DNA of 64,000 nt from Eledone cirrhosa (Eukaryota). The notes under the pieces were generated by a model, which was not told the DNA's origin, made no database searches, and saw only the letters and a program-made list of their open reading frames with translations. This document shows, in pieces, positions 41,663 to 58,648 of this stretch. Position 1 is the stretch's first letter. Each line of letters starts with the position of its first letter. A program made the position numbers and the translations under genes. The stretch covers positions 111,166,001 through 111,230,000 of the forward strand of contig OZ024740.1 in assembly GCA_964016885.1 (NCBI GenBank), read 5' to 3'.

Positions 41663-42120
41663 ACACACACATATATATATATATATACTTTTCTCTCTCT
41701 GTCTGTCACTCTCTCTCTCAATCAATCTCTGTTGAAACCTCAACTCCTAATGGAATCGTAGATTTGCTGTTATGAAATATGGCGTACCTTAGGTATTTAA
41801 AGCCTCATGGAAGCTATCACTCTTCAGGTGTGACCACAGACAATTTTTTCCCTATCAACACTTTCTATATTTTCATGAGTTATTGGTGAATTTTCCTCAC
41901 CACATCTAACATTCCTGCCATTGCATTTATTATGATAGTAGATCTCCCACTGCCATCACCGTCATCCCTACCACCACCACCACCGCCACCACCACCACCA
42001 GCACCAGCAAGAACAACAACAGTAAGAAATATATCATATAAACTAATAGATGAAGGTACACAGGAAATTCATCAAAACCGTTATCACAGACACACATACA
42101 CACATACACACATACACACA

Positions 42121-42197
<77 letters not shown>

Positions 42198-42203
42198 ATA
42201 TGT

Positions 42204-42281
<78 letters not shown>

Positions 42282-42340
42282 GTATATATATGTATGTATA
42301 TATATATATATGTATATATATGTATATATATATATATATA

Positions 42341-43565
<1,225 letters not shown>

Positions 43566-43601
43566 TGTATATATATGTATGTATATATATATATATGTAT
43601 A

Positions 43602-43745
<144 letters not shown>

Positions 43746-43979
43746 CATCGCAATGAATCCGAACCAAAGCCAGCTACAACACCAACAACATCACCAACCA
43801 CACGTGCGCGCGCACGGAAAAACATTCCTAGCAACACCTAAATCAATCTAAACGAGTACCAGTAGCAGCAACACCATTTCTAGTCGCCCAGACACACACT
43901 CCACCTCCACCAGAATCACCACTACCCCTCCATTTACACTCACCCACAACCTCCACTACTATCACACCATGTTTAGCCC

Positions 43980-45605
43980 ATCACCATCACAACTACTACA
44001 CCTTTTCCAGCCACACCACCATCACCACTACCACACCTTTTCCAACCACACCACCTTAATCACTACCACACCTTTTCCAGCCACACCACCATCACCACTC
44101 CCACACCTTTTCCAGCCATACCACCATCACCACTACCACACCTTTTCCAGCCACACCACGATCATCACTACCACACCTTTTCCAGCCACACCACCATCAT
44201 CACTACCACACCTTTTCCAGCCACACCACCATCACCACTACCACACCTTTTCCAGCCACACCACGATCATCACTACCACACCTTTTCCAGCCACACCACG
44301 ATCATCACTACCACACCTTTTCCAGCCACACCACCATCATCACTACCACACCTTTTCCAGCCACACCACCATCACCACTACCACACCTTTTACAACTACA
44401 CCACCATCATCACTACCACACCTTTTCCAGCCACACCACCATCACCACTACCACACCTTTTCCAGCCACACCACCATCATCACTACCACACCTTTTCCAG
44501 CCATACCACCATCACCACTACCACACCTTTTCCAACTACACCACCATCAACACTACCACACCTTTTCCAGCCACACCACCATCACCACTACCACACCTTT
44601 TCCAGCCATACCACCATCACCACTACCCCACCTTTTCCAGCCATACCACCATCACCACTACCACACCTTTTACAACTACACCACCATCATCACTACCACA
44701 CCTTTTCCAGCCACACCACCATCACCACTACCACACCTTTTCCAGCCACACCACCATCACCACTACCACACCTTTTCCAGCCACACCACCATCATCACTA
44801 CCACACCTTTTCCAGCCACACCACCATCACCACTACCACACCTTTTCCATCCATACCACCATCACCACTACCCCACCTTTTCCAGCCATACCACCATCAC
44901 CACTACCACACCTTTTCCAGCCATACCACCATCACCACTACCACACCTTTTCCAGCCACACCACCATCACCACTACCACACCTTTTCAAGCCATACCACC
45001 ATCACCACTACCACACCTTTTCCAGCCATACCACCATCACCACTACCACACCTTTTCCAGCCATACCACTATCACCACTATCACCACTACCACACCTTTT
45101 CCAGCCACACCACCATCACCACTACCACACCTTTTCCAGTGACACCACCATCACCACTACCACACCTTTTCCAGCCACACCACCATCACCACTACCACAC
45201 CTTTTCCAGTCACACCACCATCACCACTACCACACCTTTTCAAGCCATACCACCATCACCACTACGACACCTTTTCCAGCCATACCACCATCACCACTAC
45301 CACACCTTTTCCAGCCATACCACTATCACCACTATCACCACTACCACACCTTTTCCAGCCACACCGCCATCACCACTACCACACCTTTTCCAGCCACACC
45401 ACCATCACCACTACCACACCTTTTCCAGCCACACCACCATCACCATTACCACCACCACCACTACCACACCTTTTCCAGCCATACCACTATCACCACTACC
45501 ACACCTTTTCCAGCCACACCACTATCACCACTACCACACCTTTTCCAGCCACACCACTATCACCACTACCACACCTTTTCCAGCCACATCACCATCACCA
45601 TTACC
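43980..45605. repeat. 35-bp minisatellite, roughly 45 copies
   Basis: Unit CCACACCTTTTCCAGCCACACCACCATCACCACTA; explains the 576-aa ORF. Confidence 0.96.
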
Positions 45606-45894
45606 ACCACCACCACCAATATCGCCACCATCACCATCACCCCTACGATTTCTATCACCACGCCATTGCCAGCCAAACCATATTTCTCTTTCGTTGTAAA
45701 AGCAAATGGCATTTTTTTATAGGGGTGCGAGGAACATCAGGTCATTCTCTGTTCAAAGGTATATGAGGAATATTCCGGGATAGATGAGCCCATCGGCTGA
45801 GGAGAAGAGACTGGAACACTGACATTTAACGAAGAAGAGAGAGGAGTTGGAGAGAGAAAGAGAGAGAGAGGGGGGAGAGAGAGAGCGAGAGAGA

Positions 45895-45978
<84 letters not shown>

Positions 45979-46179
45979 GAGAGAGAGGCAAAATGAATGG
46001 CCGTGGACATTTGCCACCTCGTCCTTCATTCTGATATTTGTTTTCAACGCTGCAATGCATCCTCAAACGTATTGGTGTCTGGCTGAATTCGTTAGCTACG
46101 TGATGGGAACGCTTATACGAGGATAAGGAAGGAGTACAGTTAGTTTTGAGATGGCTACACACGTGTGCATGGATGCGTT

Positions 46180-46224
<45 letters not shown>

Positions 46225-46968
46225 GCGTGTATGTGTGTGTGTATGTGTGTGCGTGTGAAGTTCAGGTAAATAACCTTTCATAAACATGGGTGCATGCTGA
46301 AAGCTGATTTGATGTTTTCAAGAGACGGAGTTCGGCGTATATAGTCAGATCATCTGTCATAATCATCATCATCATCATCATCATAATCATCACCATCATA
46401 ACCACCGCCATCACCATCACTAACACCATCATCCATATTACCATCCTCATCAGCAACAGCGGCACCCTCAATAATCTCCACCATCACCGTCATCGACACC
46501 ATCATCGTCATCGTTGTTATCATCATTACCATCGATGTCATCATTGACATCATCACCATCACCAACAGCAACACGTATGCGTGTGTATAAATGTATACAT
46601 GCGTAAATGTGTGTATAAATGTATGTATTATATATATGTAACTTTTTTGAAAAAAAATGGGTGAATAAGTTATTTGATACGATTTTTCTTCCACTTCTTC
46701 CACTTTCCTATCATGTCATCTCCACCCCCATCATTATCAATGCTCCACCACCACCTCCACCAGCATCACCACCACTACCACCACCAGCACCACCAGTACC
46801 ACAACCACCAACATTATCATCATCATCATCATTTCCCATGTGAAACGTAACAGTGGCAAATGTAAAGAGAGTTTCCTTATGTTGAAAATTTAGATGTGAT
46901 GGAACAACTGAAACCGGTAATGTTGTAAGTAAATCTTAATGACTCCAATTGTATTTTCAACTTCGTTT

Positions 46969-47003
<35 letters not shown>

Positions 47004-47008
<5 letters not shown>

Positions 47009-47318
47009 ATGAAATGACAGGAGGCTGGATTTGTGTAAATCCTTGAAAGGTTTATTATACTATGATCATTTCAATGACCGGAACCCGGTCATTGAACCCG
47101 GTCATTGAAATGATCATAGTATAATAAACCTTTCAAGGATTTACACAAATCCAGCCTCCTGTCATTTCATTATAATATTTAACTCCGTAATAGCACCACC
47201 AACTACAAAAATAAAGACGGTTGAACTGCTTTACGTTGAGTACTCTCTATATTATTGCATTACGATTGACCATACGGAATAGACCAGCTCTATACAGTGG
47301 TGAACCTCAAACCTGAAT
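47004..47318 (+). mobile_element. Family D fold-back element: ~77-bp arms (47005-47081 / 47098-47174) plus ~140-nt tail, in (TA)n
   Basis: Palindrome centred just 5' of GAAA-TGATCA-TA (HHR 3' half); GAACCCGGTCATT is duplicated at the centre. Confidence 0.85.
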
Positions 47319-47599
47319 ATATATATATATATATATAGCTCTTAAACATCACTGGAATTCTATGAGAATCCAGCTTCTATAAGTCTCGGCGGAAGCGAAG
47401 GGATATGCAATGTTGATAACCGCTAACGAGCGAGAAATGGACTTCGGTTGCTTCCCTTTGTTTTTTCAGAGAGTAAGTAAGTGACATAGTAACTACTTTA
47501 AAACTCATAGCGAATGACCTTCAAAATGTTTTTAAATAAACATACAGTATATTATCAAATATACTATACATACATTCATTTATATATATATTATACACG

Positions 47600-47648
<49 letters not shown>

Positions 47649-47949
47649 AAGTATATCGATGGAAAAATCAACTATCTTTTGAAAATATATTTAATACTTC
47701 ATACATGTTTCAAGGTAAAAATGGTCACACACATTTTCATTCATATTAAAACTATTATCGCACCTATGAAGAGAGGGAATGAACAATTATAATAATATAT
47801 CAATGCCTGTACAAGGATACGGATTATGAGAAATGTTTCATAACATTTCAAATGATTCGATGTAGAACTCCTTTGAAACATATGTAAGTAAATAAATATG
47901 GTTTTAAAATCAAGAAGTTCATTTCTCCGTCCATAATAGTACTTTGACG

Positions 47950-48410
47950 CTAAACTCCGCCAGTTGCAGGCTGTGCTTCAACATGACATATATTTCTCCA
48001 CAAAGTTCGATCACCAACAGCAGATTTCAAAGAGCAAAGGTCAAGTCCAGTCCAGAAGTTGACATTATCAGGCCATCGTTTAGGCTGCCGGATTCTGCTT
48101 CTCTCACCAGCCAACCTTCCTTCCAGGAGTTGATCTTTTTATATCGCCGTATAGTTTGAGTACTCTTGACTTGATAATTGATGTAATTGGTCTAAGTCAG
48201 GTAATGTTGAGTAGCTCACTGATACAGATACGGTCGCTGAACCGCTTGCCAGTCATATGTCTCATGATGTGTTTCTGGAATATGGGGTCCTTCTGAAGTG
48301 ATCTTGTCATCCAATTAACACAGTATATCCATTGATATACTTGTTTATATTTGCTCTGCGTTGATATCCCTATCTCCAAATCTTTCGCACAAAAAACTTA
48401 TTTGTCTTCA
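47950..48410 (-). mobile_element. Old RTE-like LINE remnant
   Basis: Minus translation FQKHIMRHMTGKRFSDRICISELL...IIKSRVLKLYGDIKR resembles the post-RT region of RTE elements. Confidence 0.55.
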
Positions 48411-48599
48411 AACCTATGTAATATATAAATACATCTAACTAATTCTGAAAGAAACGTGGCAATTATTTACTATCATATATAATTCTCTACTCTCATTCGA
48501 GCATATATATGTGTGTGCGTGAGTGGGTGTGTGGGTGTATGTGTGGATGCATGTGTGTGTGTATATAATATATATACATACACATACACACACACATAT

Positions 48600-48930
48600 A
48601 TGTGGCTTAGTGCTTGGAGCGTCGGGCTTACAATCGTGAGATTGTAAGTTCGGTTCTCGGACCGAGCTTTGCATTGTGTTCTTGTGTTCACTTTATTTCA
48701 CGTCGCTCCAGTTCACTCAGCTCTAGAAATGAATTGTGAAATCACTGGTGTCAACTGTATTGGCTTTGCGTTTCCCATGGACAAATTGGTGGCGTGGAGA
48801 GGGGATGTTGTTATGCATGGGCGATTACTGGTCTTCCACAAACAACCTTGCCTGGACTTGTTCCCCGGAGGGGAACATTTTAGGTCCAAATCCTATGATC
48901 ATTCATGACTGAAGGGGATCTTTACTTTAC
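48600..48930 (+). mobile_element. tRNA-derived SINE (CORE/V-like body); related decayed copy at ~26075-26350
   Basis: A-box GTGGCTTAGTG, B-box-like GTTCGGTTC, TTGTGTTCTTG..CACTTTATTTCAC, CTTTA tail. Confidence 0.72.
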
Positions 48931-49648
48931 TGTATATATATATATATATTCTGCATTGTTTTTTTTATGTGAAATCGTATGTTGAAACCGCTATTGTTAT
49001 ATTTGGGAATGATCATCTTACCAATATTGTCAATAGAAAGAAACACACACCACATCATTTTCACTTTATCTTTATTGTTCGTTATTCATTTGTTTATCAA
49101 AGTTCTTTCGTCACTTATTCTGTGACCTCTTCTATGATTATCTGTTTTGCACCTCCTCTTTTTCATGGTCTTAAACTTCTACTCTATCTTGTCATTGTTT
49201 CTTTTGTGGTGAGTTTTTTTTTTTGTGTTTTATGTCTGAGCATGCATTTGTGACTGTGTCACTGTGTGTGTGTATGTGTTTTGTGTCTGACATGTCTACG
49301 TGTGTTTTATGTGTGTGTGGGTTTATATCGTTTGCTGTTTTGCTGTTTGTGTCCTTTGTTTGTTTGTGTCTTTATTTTGTCTTCCGTCATTAAGTTGCAG
49401 GCTGTTACTATTTCACTCTTATTTTCTGTTCAGGCTAGGATTATATTCTATTATGTGCGTGGCCTCCGTAGTTTGTCTGGGTGTTGCGTTAGTTCCATGT
49501 GTAGATAGGAGTATCCTCTTATTTGTACTATCTGTTCTATTGAATTTTATTTATTGTCTGATGCTCCTATTAGGAACAGGCGAAATCCCAGAGTAACAAG
49601 AGTATCAAGACTAACTATTAAACCTTAATGAAATGAATATAGATACTC

Positions 49649-49805
<157 letters not shown>

Positions 49806-50960
49806 ATGTTAGCTATGATGCTTCCATAGGCGGTATGCCGGTTGAGCACTCTATGTTCTTACAGAGCAGAGTATGATAAAAAGAAAAATCAGTGATACAT
49901 CTGGACTTAATTTATTGTGTGTTACAATTGTTTCGCCGATAGACAGCTCGAAACACGATCATTGTATGGGAAACTGCAGGTTCGTCGGACACTGCCAATA
50001 AATCTGGATCAAATTTTTTCCCTGGGGTGTTAGCGCCAAAAAAAAACTTCCTCGCTTGTCCTGCTGTTGGCTGTTGTTTTTCTACGTCATCATAAATTAT
50101 GGCCAATAGTTGCTGTCAGCATGTCCATCAGCTACCCTCTAGCTGACACACTTCAATGTATTCATGCTGGGTTAGGTATTTCACAATCCACTCGCACACA
50201 CATATACCCACACACATACATACACATATACACATACACACATACATACACATATATACCTATATATACATATATATATATATATATACATACATACACA
50301 CACAGACTCACATACACACACACACACAACCATATAACTAACAACATACGCGTCCACAGACGCCTGCCTACATGCTCGCGTACATTGGCTCTCACACGCA
50401 CACACAGTCGCGCACACACGCACTCATGCACACGCATACATGGACACACACATGCGTGCACGTTAATCTGCTCATATACACAAACATGTACAGACTTATA
50501 CATAGACACGCACACGTACATAAACACACGTGTCCGTGTATAGAGGCACAAAGACAGACTCGCTCCCAAACACACACACATATATATATATATGTATATG
50601 TACACACACATAAATGTACACACAAACAAATAAGCCCTTACCCCCACAGTAGGTGCACGTACACACACAGACACACTGGTTCATATACATTCAAAGAAAT
50701 ACGCGCCCAATTACCACCGTGCCCACGTACATCTACAACGATACATACACGCATACATATATCTGTCCGTACTCAAATATGATAAACTCACAGTCATATA
50801 AAACTGCACAATGGGTCGTACAGGTTCATCCAAGAAAGGATGCATCTTGTTATACACATGCACAAATATAAACAACGTAACCAAATACATATATCCATAC
50901 ACATACATGCATGTATACATATAAATAAATAAATAAGTAAATAACAAAATAAATAAATAA

Positions 50961-50991
<31 letters not shown>

Positions 50992-51066
50992 TACACACAG
51001 ACACATATATATATATATACATATATATATACACACACACACACACACAGACACATATATATATAT

Positions 51067-51672
51067 ATGGTGGCTGCCAACTCGTTTTCGAGTACGGCCA
51101 CTACTTTATATCCATGTAGGAGAACCCCTACTGATGCGCTAAAGGAGTGTGACTTTTCAGTCCAGCCAGCGACTTGAAAACTCGGGTACAAACACTACAC
51201 TTGTGACAATTATTGACACATAGTGCTGGGCCCATGGTACCATGTCACGACAAGTGCAGAGAGATCTCCAGATATAAAGCAATGCCTGTGCCGTGAAGCT
51301 TTTATAGTGAGCAAAGGCACTGCACAAAGCCAGTCCCACTCTCTTAACCAAGATGATATTTACCAAAAAGAAGAACAAGTCAACATCATTGGATACCATC
51401 AGAGTTGCAGGTGTTATATCAGAGTTTTCCTTCTCCTAGAATTCTGCCTTGACAAAGGCTAAGGGGTCATCTCTCCCGGTGATTTTGGATGGCCATTGAC
51501 TCTTAAGAGCTCCTTTGCCCTTTGACAGGTTTTGTTTTTAGTCCTGCAGGATGTCCAAAGTCACCCTCCTCACCAAGCAACCTTGGTGGGGTTGCCAGTT
51601 TAGTCGCCAACGAGCCGACCATGAGACAGGTTGTACTGGGATACATGTTACCAGTAGCACCAACTGGGGACC
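51067..51672 (-). mobile_element. ~605-bp non-autonomous retroelement (RTE 5'UTR-like head, stem-loop 3' end)
   Basis: Near-identical full-length copy at 57193-57801; contains CTAGGAGAAGGAAAACTCTGA; no real ORF. Confidence 0.78.
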
Positions 51673-51858
51673 ATACATATATATATACACACACACACAC
51701 AGACACATATATATATACATATATATATATACACACACACACACAGACACATATATATATATACATATATATATACACACACACAAACACAGACATATAT
51801 ATATATATATACATATATATATACACACACACACATATATATATATACATATATATAT

Positions 51859-53452
<1,594 letters not shown>

Positions 53453-54109
53453 TATATATATATATATATATATACATACATATAGATATATATATGCACA
53501 CACACATATATATGTGTACATACACATACATACGTACGCATCTATAAAAAAAAACTACAATATACTAAAATATACGTATAACGTCATACGTTAAAAGATG
53601 CATCTTGTACTAAACATGCACAGATATAAACATTATAATCATATACAGACATCCATACGCATTCACGTAACATATACATATATAACTGTCTATACATACA
53701 CACACATATATATACGTACACATACGCATACACGTATACAGACATATAAAACAATAAAATAAATATACAATATATTAAAATTTTATGACAATATATGCCC
53801 CGTGGGGTAAACCAAAATAACCCAAGATGCATACTCGACTATAGGACAACATACCTCAACCACAGTGACATACTCCAATATGACCGGGCTACGCACCCCT
53901 ATGCAAATTCAGAAATTTCTACTTATACAATGACCATTCTAAATCCAAACTTAGAATACCGAGTCTCATCATGAGATTAATTTACTATATAAAAACGATA
54001 TACAATTTTTAAGGTAAGGCAAAACGTTATATATATAATAATAATAATAATATTTCAAGAATTATTAATAGTCAATATTTTTTTCTTTCTTCATAGTCAG
54101 TATTTTTTT

Positions 54110-55560
54110 CAAAATTTGTATAATGCTTGAAATGTTCTTACAGACTTATGTAGACAACATCCGAATAATTCTTTTTTCTTATTAATTAAATTACCATAAA
54201 TTGTAATTATTAATAGAGTTTCCAAATTGCAAAGATTGCAATTTGGTGAAATGGAAGCGTTTCGATAGGAAACAGAATCCTTTAGTTTACTTCAAGAAAT
54301 TGAGTATTTAATATTTTTCTCTTTTAAAGACCATATTAATTGTGATAATGATGTAGAACATTTTTTATCTGGATTAGAGAATGAATGTTTTTGATTGGAA
54401 AAGCGAAACTTAAAGTTCGATGAAGTGGCACCAATGTAGTTATAAGTATTATTATTACTTGTCTTAATGGTACATTTATATACTATATTCTTGTCAAGGC
54501 AATTATTTTGTAAAGGGCATTCAGATTTCCGTCTACAATTTCAGTTCAATTCAATGTTATTTCTATAACCTAAACTATTCGTATTATCATTATTATTTCT
54601 AGGTGTTCTACTATTAATCGTATTTAAACTATTATTATTGTTATTCACATTAACTAATGTATTATTATCATTATTATATTTTTGTTATGATCGCTGGTTC
54701 AAATTAAGAATTTTGCTATTTATTTTTGCAATATTTTGAGCAATATTCATAGTTGTTGAATAAGAGAGTTTAACTGTGTGTCTATTGAAGATAGAGTAAT
54801 ACTTATGTGATCTAGGGAAACATTTATCCAAGGGTTTAAAAAATAAATGTGCTAAAGGTGTTTTAATAGCTAAAGATACTGGCGGAGCATACCAAATTAT
54901 AGATCTAGTCCAATTCGCCCCCCCCCCCCCCCCCTGATTTATTCCTCAAGTTGTTATATTTACACTCAGTTTTATTTTTATTATTATGAATAATGTGTTT
55001 ATAATTAATATTATTTATTTCTACATATTCAATATTATTTTTATATCCTGCTTTATGTAACGCTTCATTATAATATCCAGCTTTACTATTAAAAATGGAT
55101 CTATTAGCAGATAGTCTGGATATTCCTTGTTGGACACTATTGACTATTGCATTTTTAACACTTTTAGGATGATTAGAGTAAAAGCTAAAATTATTTAAGT
55201 TTTCATTGAGTTTATAGAAGGGGTACTACAGGCCTGAGTTTAAATTAAGGGTTATATCTAAAAAGTTAACTATTTTATTGTTATTTTCTACTTCTAATTT
55301 CAGGTCATAATTTTTAAAGAATTCTATAATTACTTTCTTTACTCTATTTAATTCGCTATTATTATGTCTAACTACAGTAAATAATATGTTGTCTCTATAT
55401 AAACCACCGGTAATCTCCGTCAGTTTTCTATTTATCATATTAAGGATGAAAATTTCCACAAGATCGGTAACTTGTGCCGAATCGGACGAGCCCATAGTAA
55501 TGTCAAAATTCTTCAGCCTATCAGATCTATTGCAAAAATCATTATTAAAATCAATCCTTT
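54110..55560 (-). pseudogene. Second, diverged Penelope-like RT + GIY-YIG remnant
   Basis: MGSSDSAQVTDLV, GGLYRDN, VNFLDITL; NCRRKSECPLQNNCLDKNIVYKC...NYIGATSSNFKFRF. Confidence 0.9.
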
Positions 55561-56079
55561 GTTTACATTCTTCGTAAATAATTTTGTTCTGTCCAAATGG
55601 ATTGATAATGTATATTTAACATGATTTATACAGTTTAATAATATACGAAAAATCCTTAAAGGGAAACTATATATAATAAGATGTAATTACGGAAGTAAAA
55701 TCGAAATAATAATACTTTTAAGAGTAAATATAACTACTAATTAATCCTGTAATGAAATGACAACCAATGAATTGAAATGATTTTATAATGAAAATAGAAT
55801 AATTCAGATAATACTTCTTAACATTATATAAAATATATATACTGATGGTGATATATGCATGGGTTTTAGTAAATATCCTTATACATATTTAATAGGTATT
55901 TAAACTTGCTTTAAAGTTAAAAATGATTTTGAATATTGTAACAAAATATTTAGTAAATATATTAATTAAACTATGCTTCTGATTACTATAGAAAATATTT
56001 TTATATTGTTTAATTTTGATATAATATATTAGTATAATTAGCTTAAACATAACCAAATACCAAAGATATTAAAAAATTT

Positions 56080-56185
56080 AATTGTTTCTACTTTTGGCAC
56101 AAGGCCAGCAATTACCAGTACATTACTGGTACTTTATTTTATCGACCCCGTAGGGATGAAAGTCAAAGTTAACCTCGGCGGGATT
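56080..56185 (-). mobile_element. SINE, partial
   Basis: Family core and tail. Confidence 0.85.
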
Positions 56186-56558
56186 AATTTAATGGTATTC
56201 ATTTGGTCGCTTCTATTTGACTTAATATTTGAAAGCAACAGTCACACATCATTTCCCTTTCTTTCTTTTTCGCCGTTACGTCTTTCTTCTTCTCTCTTCT
56301 ATCCTTTTTCTTCCCTAACACGTATATTTACACATTTAAATATTTATGTATGTATTTATTTATTTTCTTCTTGCATTTTCTCATACTCACCCCTCCTTAT
56401 GCCTATATCTCGCTCCACATGCTCTTCTTCATTATATTTAAGTTTGTTATGTTATTATTTGTGGTATATAAATGTTGAGATTTGTTGTAATAAATCACTG
56501 CCAATACTGGAATTGAAGCATCAAGACCGTTGAGGTATGTCATGCATCAATTCATGTA

Positions 56559-56620
56559 TTTTATCTGACGAGGACGTACTGAAAAAACAGCACAGTACCT
56601 TCGAAATATATATAATAAAA
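56559..56620 (+). ncRNA. Hammerhead in a pLTR homologous to 31900-32060, opposite in orientation to the 54-55.5 kb ORF
   Basis: TTTTAT-CTGACGA-GGA.GTACTG...CAGTAC.TTC-GAAA-TATATA-TA-ATAAAA; downstream ACTCCAG..AAC...GAGTGCT as in the 32 kb tail. Confidence 0.87.
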
Positions 56621-56940
56621 CAGATTTTTTTAATTATATGAATGTCTTCATTTATTAATATTATGAATAATATTAATAACTCCAGAAAACTTCTTTGTAG
56701 AGTGCTTTTAATCTATTTTAAAACTATTTCATTGAGTAATCAATGAACCATATTAATCTTTGGTCATATATATATATAAGTAGTAGAGGTGCAATTGGAT
56801 TGCGTTCAGAGGTGGTATGCCAAGATGAACACTCGGTGCTATTGGGGAGCAGAGTATCAATAATAATAAATACGGAACAAAGAATCAGTATTGCATCATA
56901 TACATATTTGATTATATATTACATGTATTTCACTGCCGAT

Positions 56941-57041
<101 letters not shown>

Positions 57042-57059
57042 GTGTGTGTGTGTGTGTGT

Positions 57060-57096
<37 letters not shown>

Positions 57097-57192
57097 TGTG
57101 TGTAAATGTAAGTATGCTAGGCGAGAAATAAAATACTAATTTTATTTGTTATATATATACATACATACATACATACATACATACATACATAC

Positions 57193-57801
57193 ATGGTGGC
57201 TGCCAACTCGTTTTCGAGTACGGCCACTACTTTATATCCATGTAAGAGAACCCCTACCGATGCGCTGAACGAGTGTGACTTTTTAGTCCAGCCAGCGACT
57301 TGAAAACTCTGGTACAAACATTACACTTGTGACAATTATTGACACATAGTGCTTTGCCTTTGGTACCATGTGACGACAAGTGCAGAGAGATCTCCAGATA
57401 CAAAGCAATGCCTGTGCCGTGAAGCTTTTATAGTGAGCAAAGGCACTGCACAAAGCCAGTCCCACTCTCTTAACCAAGATGATATTTACCAAAAAAAGAA
57501 CAAGTCAACATCATTGGATACCATCAGGGTTGCAGGTGTTATATCAGAGTTTTCCTTCTCCTAGAATTCTGCCTTGACAAAGGCTAAGGGGTCATCTCTC
57601 CCGGTGATTTTGGATGGCCATTGACTCTTAAGAGCTCCTTTGCCCTTTGACAGGTTTTGTTTTTAGTCGTGCAGGATGTCCAAAGTCACGCTCCTCACCA
57701 AGAAACCTTGGTGGAGCTGCCTGTTTAGTCGCCAACGACCCGACCATGAGACAGGTTGTACTGGGATACATATTACCAGTAGCACCAGCTGGTGACCTGA
57801 C
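57193..57801 (-). mobile_element. Second copy of the ~605-bp non-autonomous element, in (TACA)n
   Basis: Colinear with 51067-51672. Confidence 0.8.
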
Positions 57802-57880
57802 ATACATGCATACATACATACATACATACATACATACATACATACATACATACATACATACATACATACATACATACATA

Positions 57881-58356
57881 CTAAGGAATACTGGTGGAAC
57901 CTGAAAATAAAAACTGCCACCAGATTAAAGCACAACCGGCCTGATATTGTAGTTTGGGACCACACATTGAAAACGTGTTCTGTTGTAGAGATCAGCTGCC
58001 CACTTGATGTAAACGTTGTCAGAAAAATACAGGAGAAGGAGGACATCTACGGACCATTGATGAGGAGTTTACAAATCCAGTATCCAAGATACACCTTTAG
58101 CTTCATACCCATCATTATTGGTGCTACGGGTTATATACCAACCCGCTTGGACCAAAGTATGACTGAACTTGGATTTGCGGACAAAAAGCGCAGCTCCCTA
58201 ATTCATAGTCTACAAATGGCTGCGATAGCTGGCACCTTCAAAATTTGCAAAACATTCTTGCGATTCAAGGGATGACAATTTCTTTTCTTTTACAACCTTG
58301 CCACCAGGAAGGTGGCCGGTCAAAAAAATATACTCAAAATTAAGAGAAAGAGAAAA
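57881..58356 (+). mobile_element. R4/Dong-like LINE 3' end (RLE domain, open frame to 58275) in (CATA)n
   Basis: YWWN...HNRPDIVVWD...VEISCP.D....EKEDIY...IPIIIGATG; (CATA)n on both sides. Confidence 0.85.
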
Positions 58357-58442
58357 CATACATACATACATACATACATACATACATAGATACAAGGAAG
58401 ATTAATCATTTTAAAAGGTATCTATATTTAAAGTTCTAGTTA

Positions 58443-58604
58443 AACTTTAATTAGTTACCTACATAGCTGTGAGTGCTTACACACTTTACAAATTATTCCC
58501 TGTGATTGTTTCATATGTTTATATATATATAACTTTAATTAGTTACCTACATAGCTGTGAGTGCTTACACACTTTACAAATTATTCCCTGTGATTGTTTC
58601 ATAT

Positions 58605-58617
<13 letters not shown>
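58443..58617 (+). repeat. Exact 88-bp tandem duplication ending in (TA)n, resembling a PLE-type tail
   Basis: AACTTTAATTAGTTACC...GTGAGTGCTT...ATGTTTATATA at 58443 and 58531. Confidence 0.85.

Positions 58618-58646
<29 letters not shown>

Positions 58647-58648
<2 letters not shown>

Noticed and set aside
41775-41835. Minus-strand CTGAAGA with hairpins
   Set aside because: TAAA instead of GAAA and no UH plus stem I arrangement.
43969-45699. 576-aa His/Pro/Thr-rich ORF
   Set aside because: A 35-bp unit (not a multiple of 3) with no stop in any + frame; the peptide cycles through all frames, so there is no codon-level constraint.
58557-58646. N-terminal extension of the 719-aa ORF
   Set aside because: Read-through of the tail duplication and (TA)n; the LINE sequence starts at ~58647.
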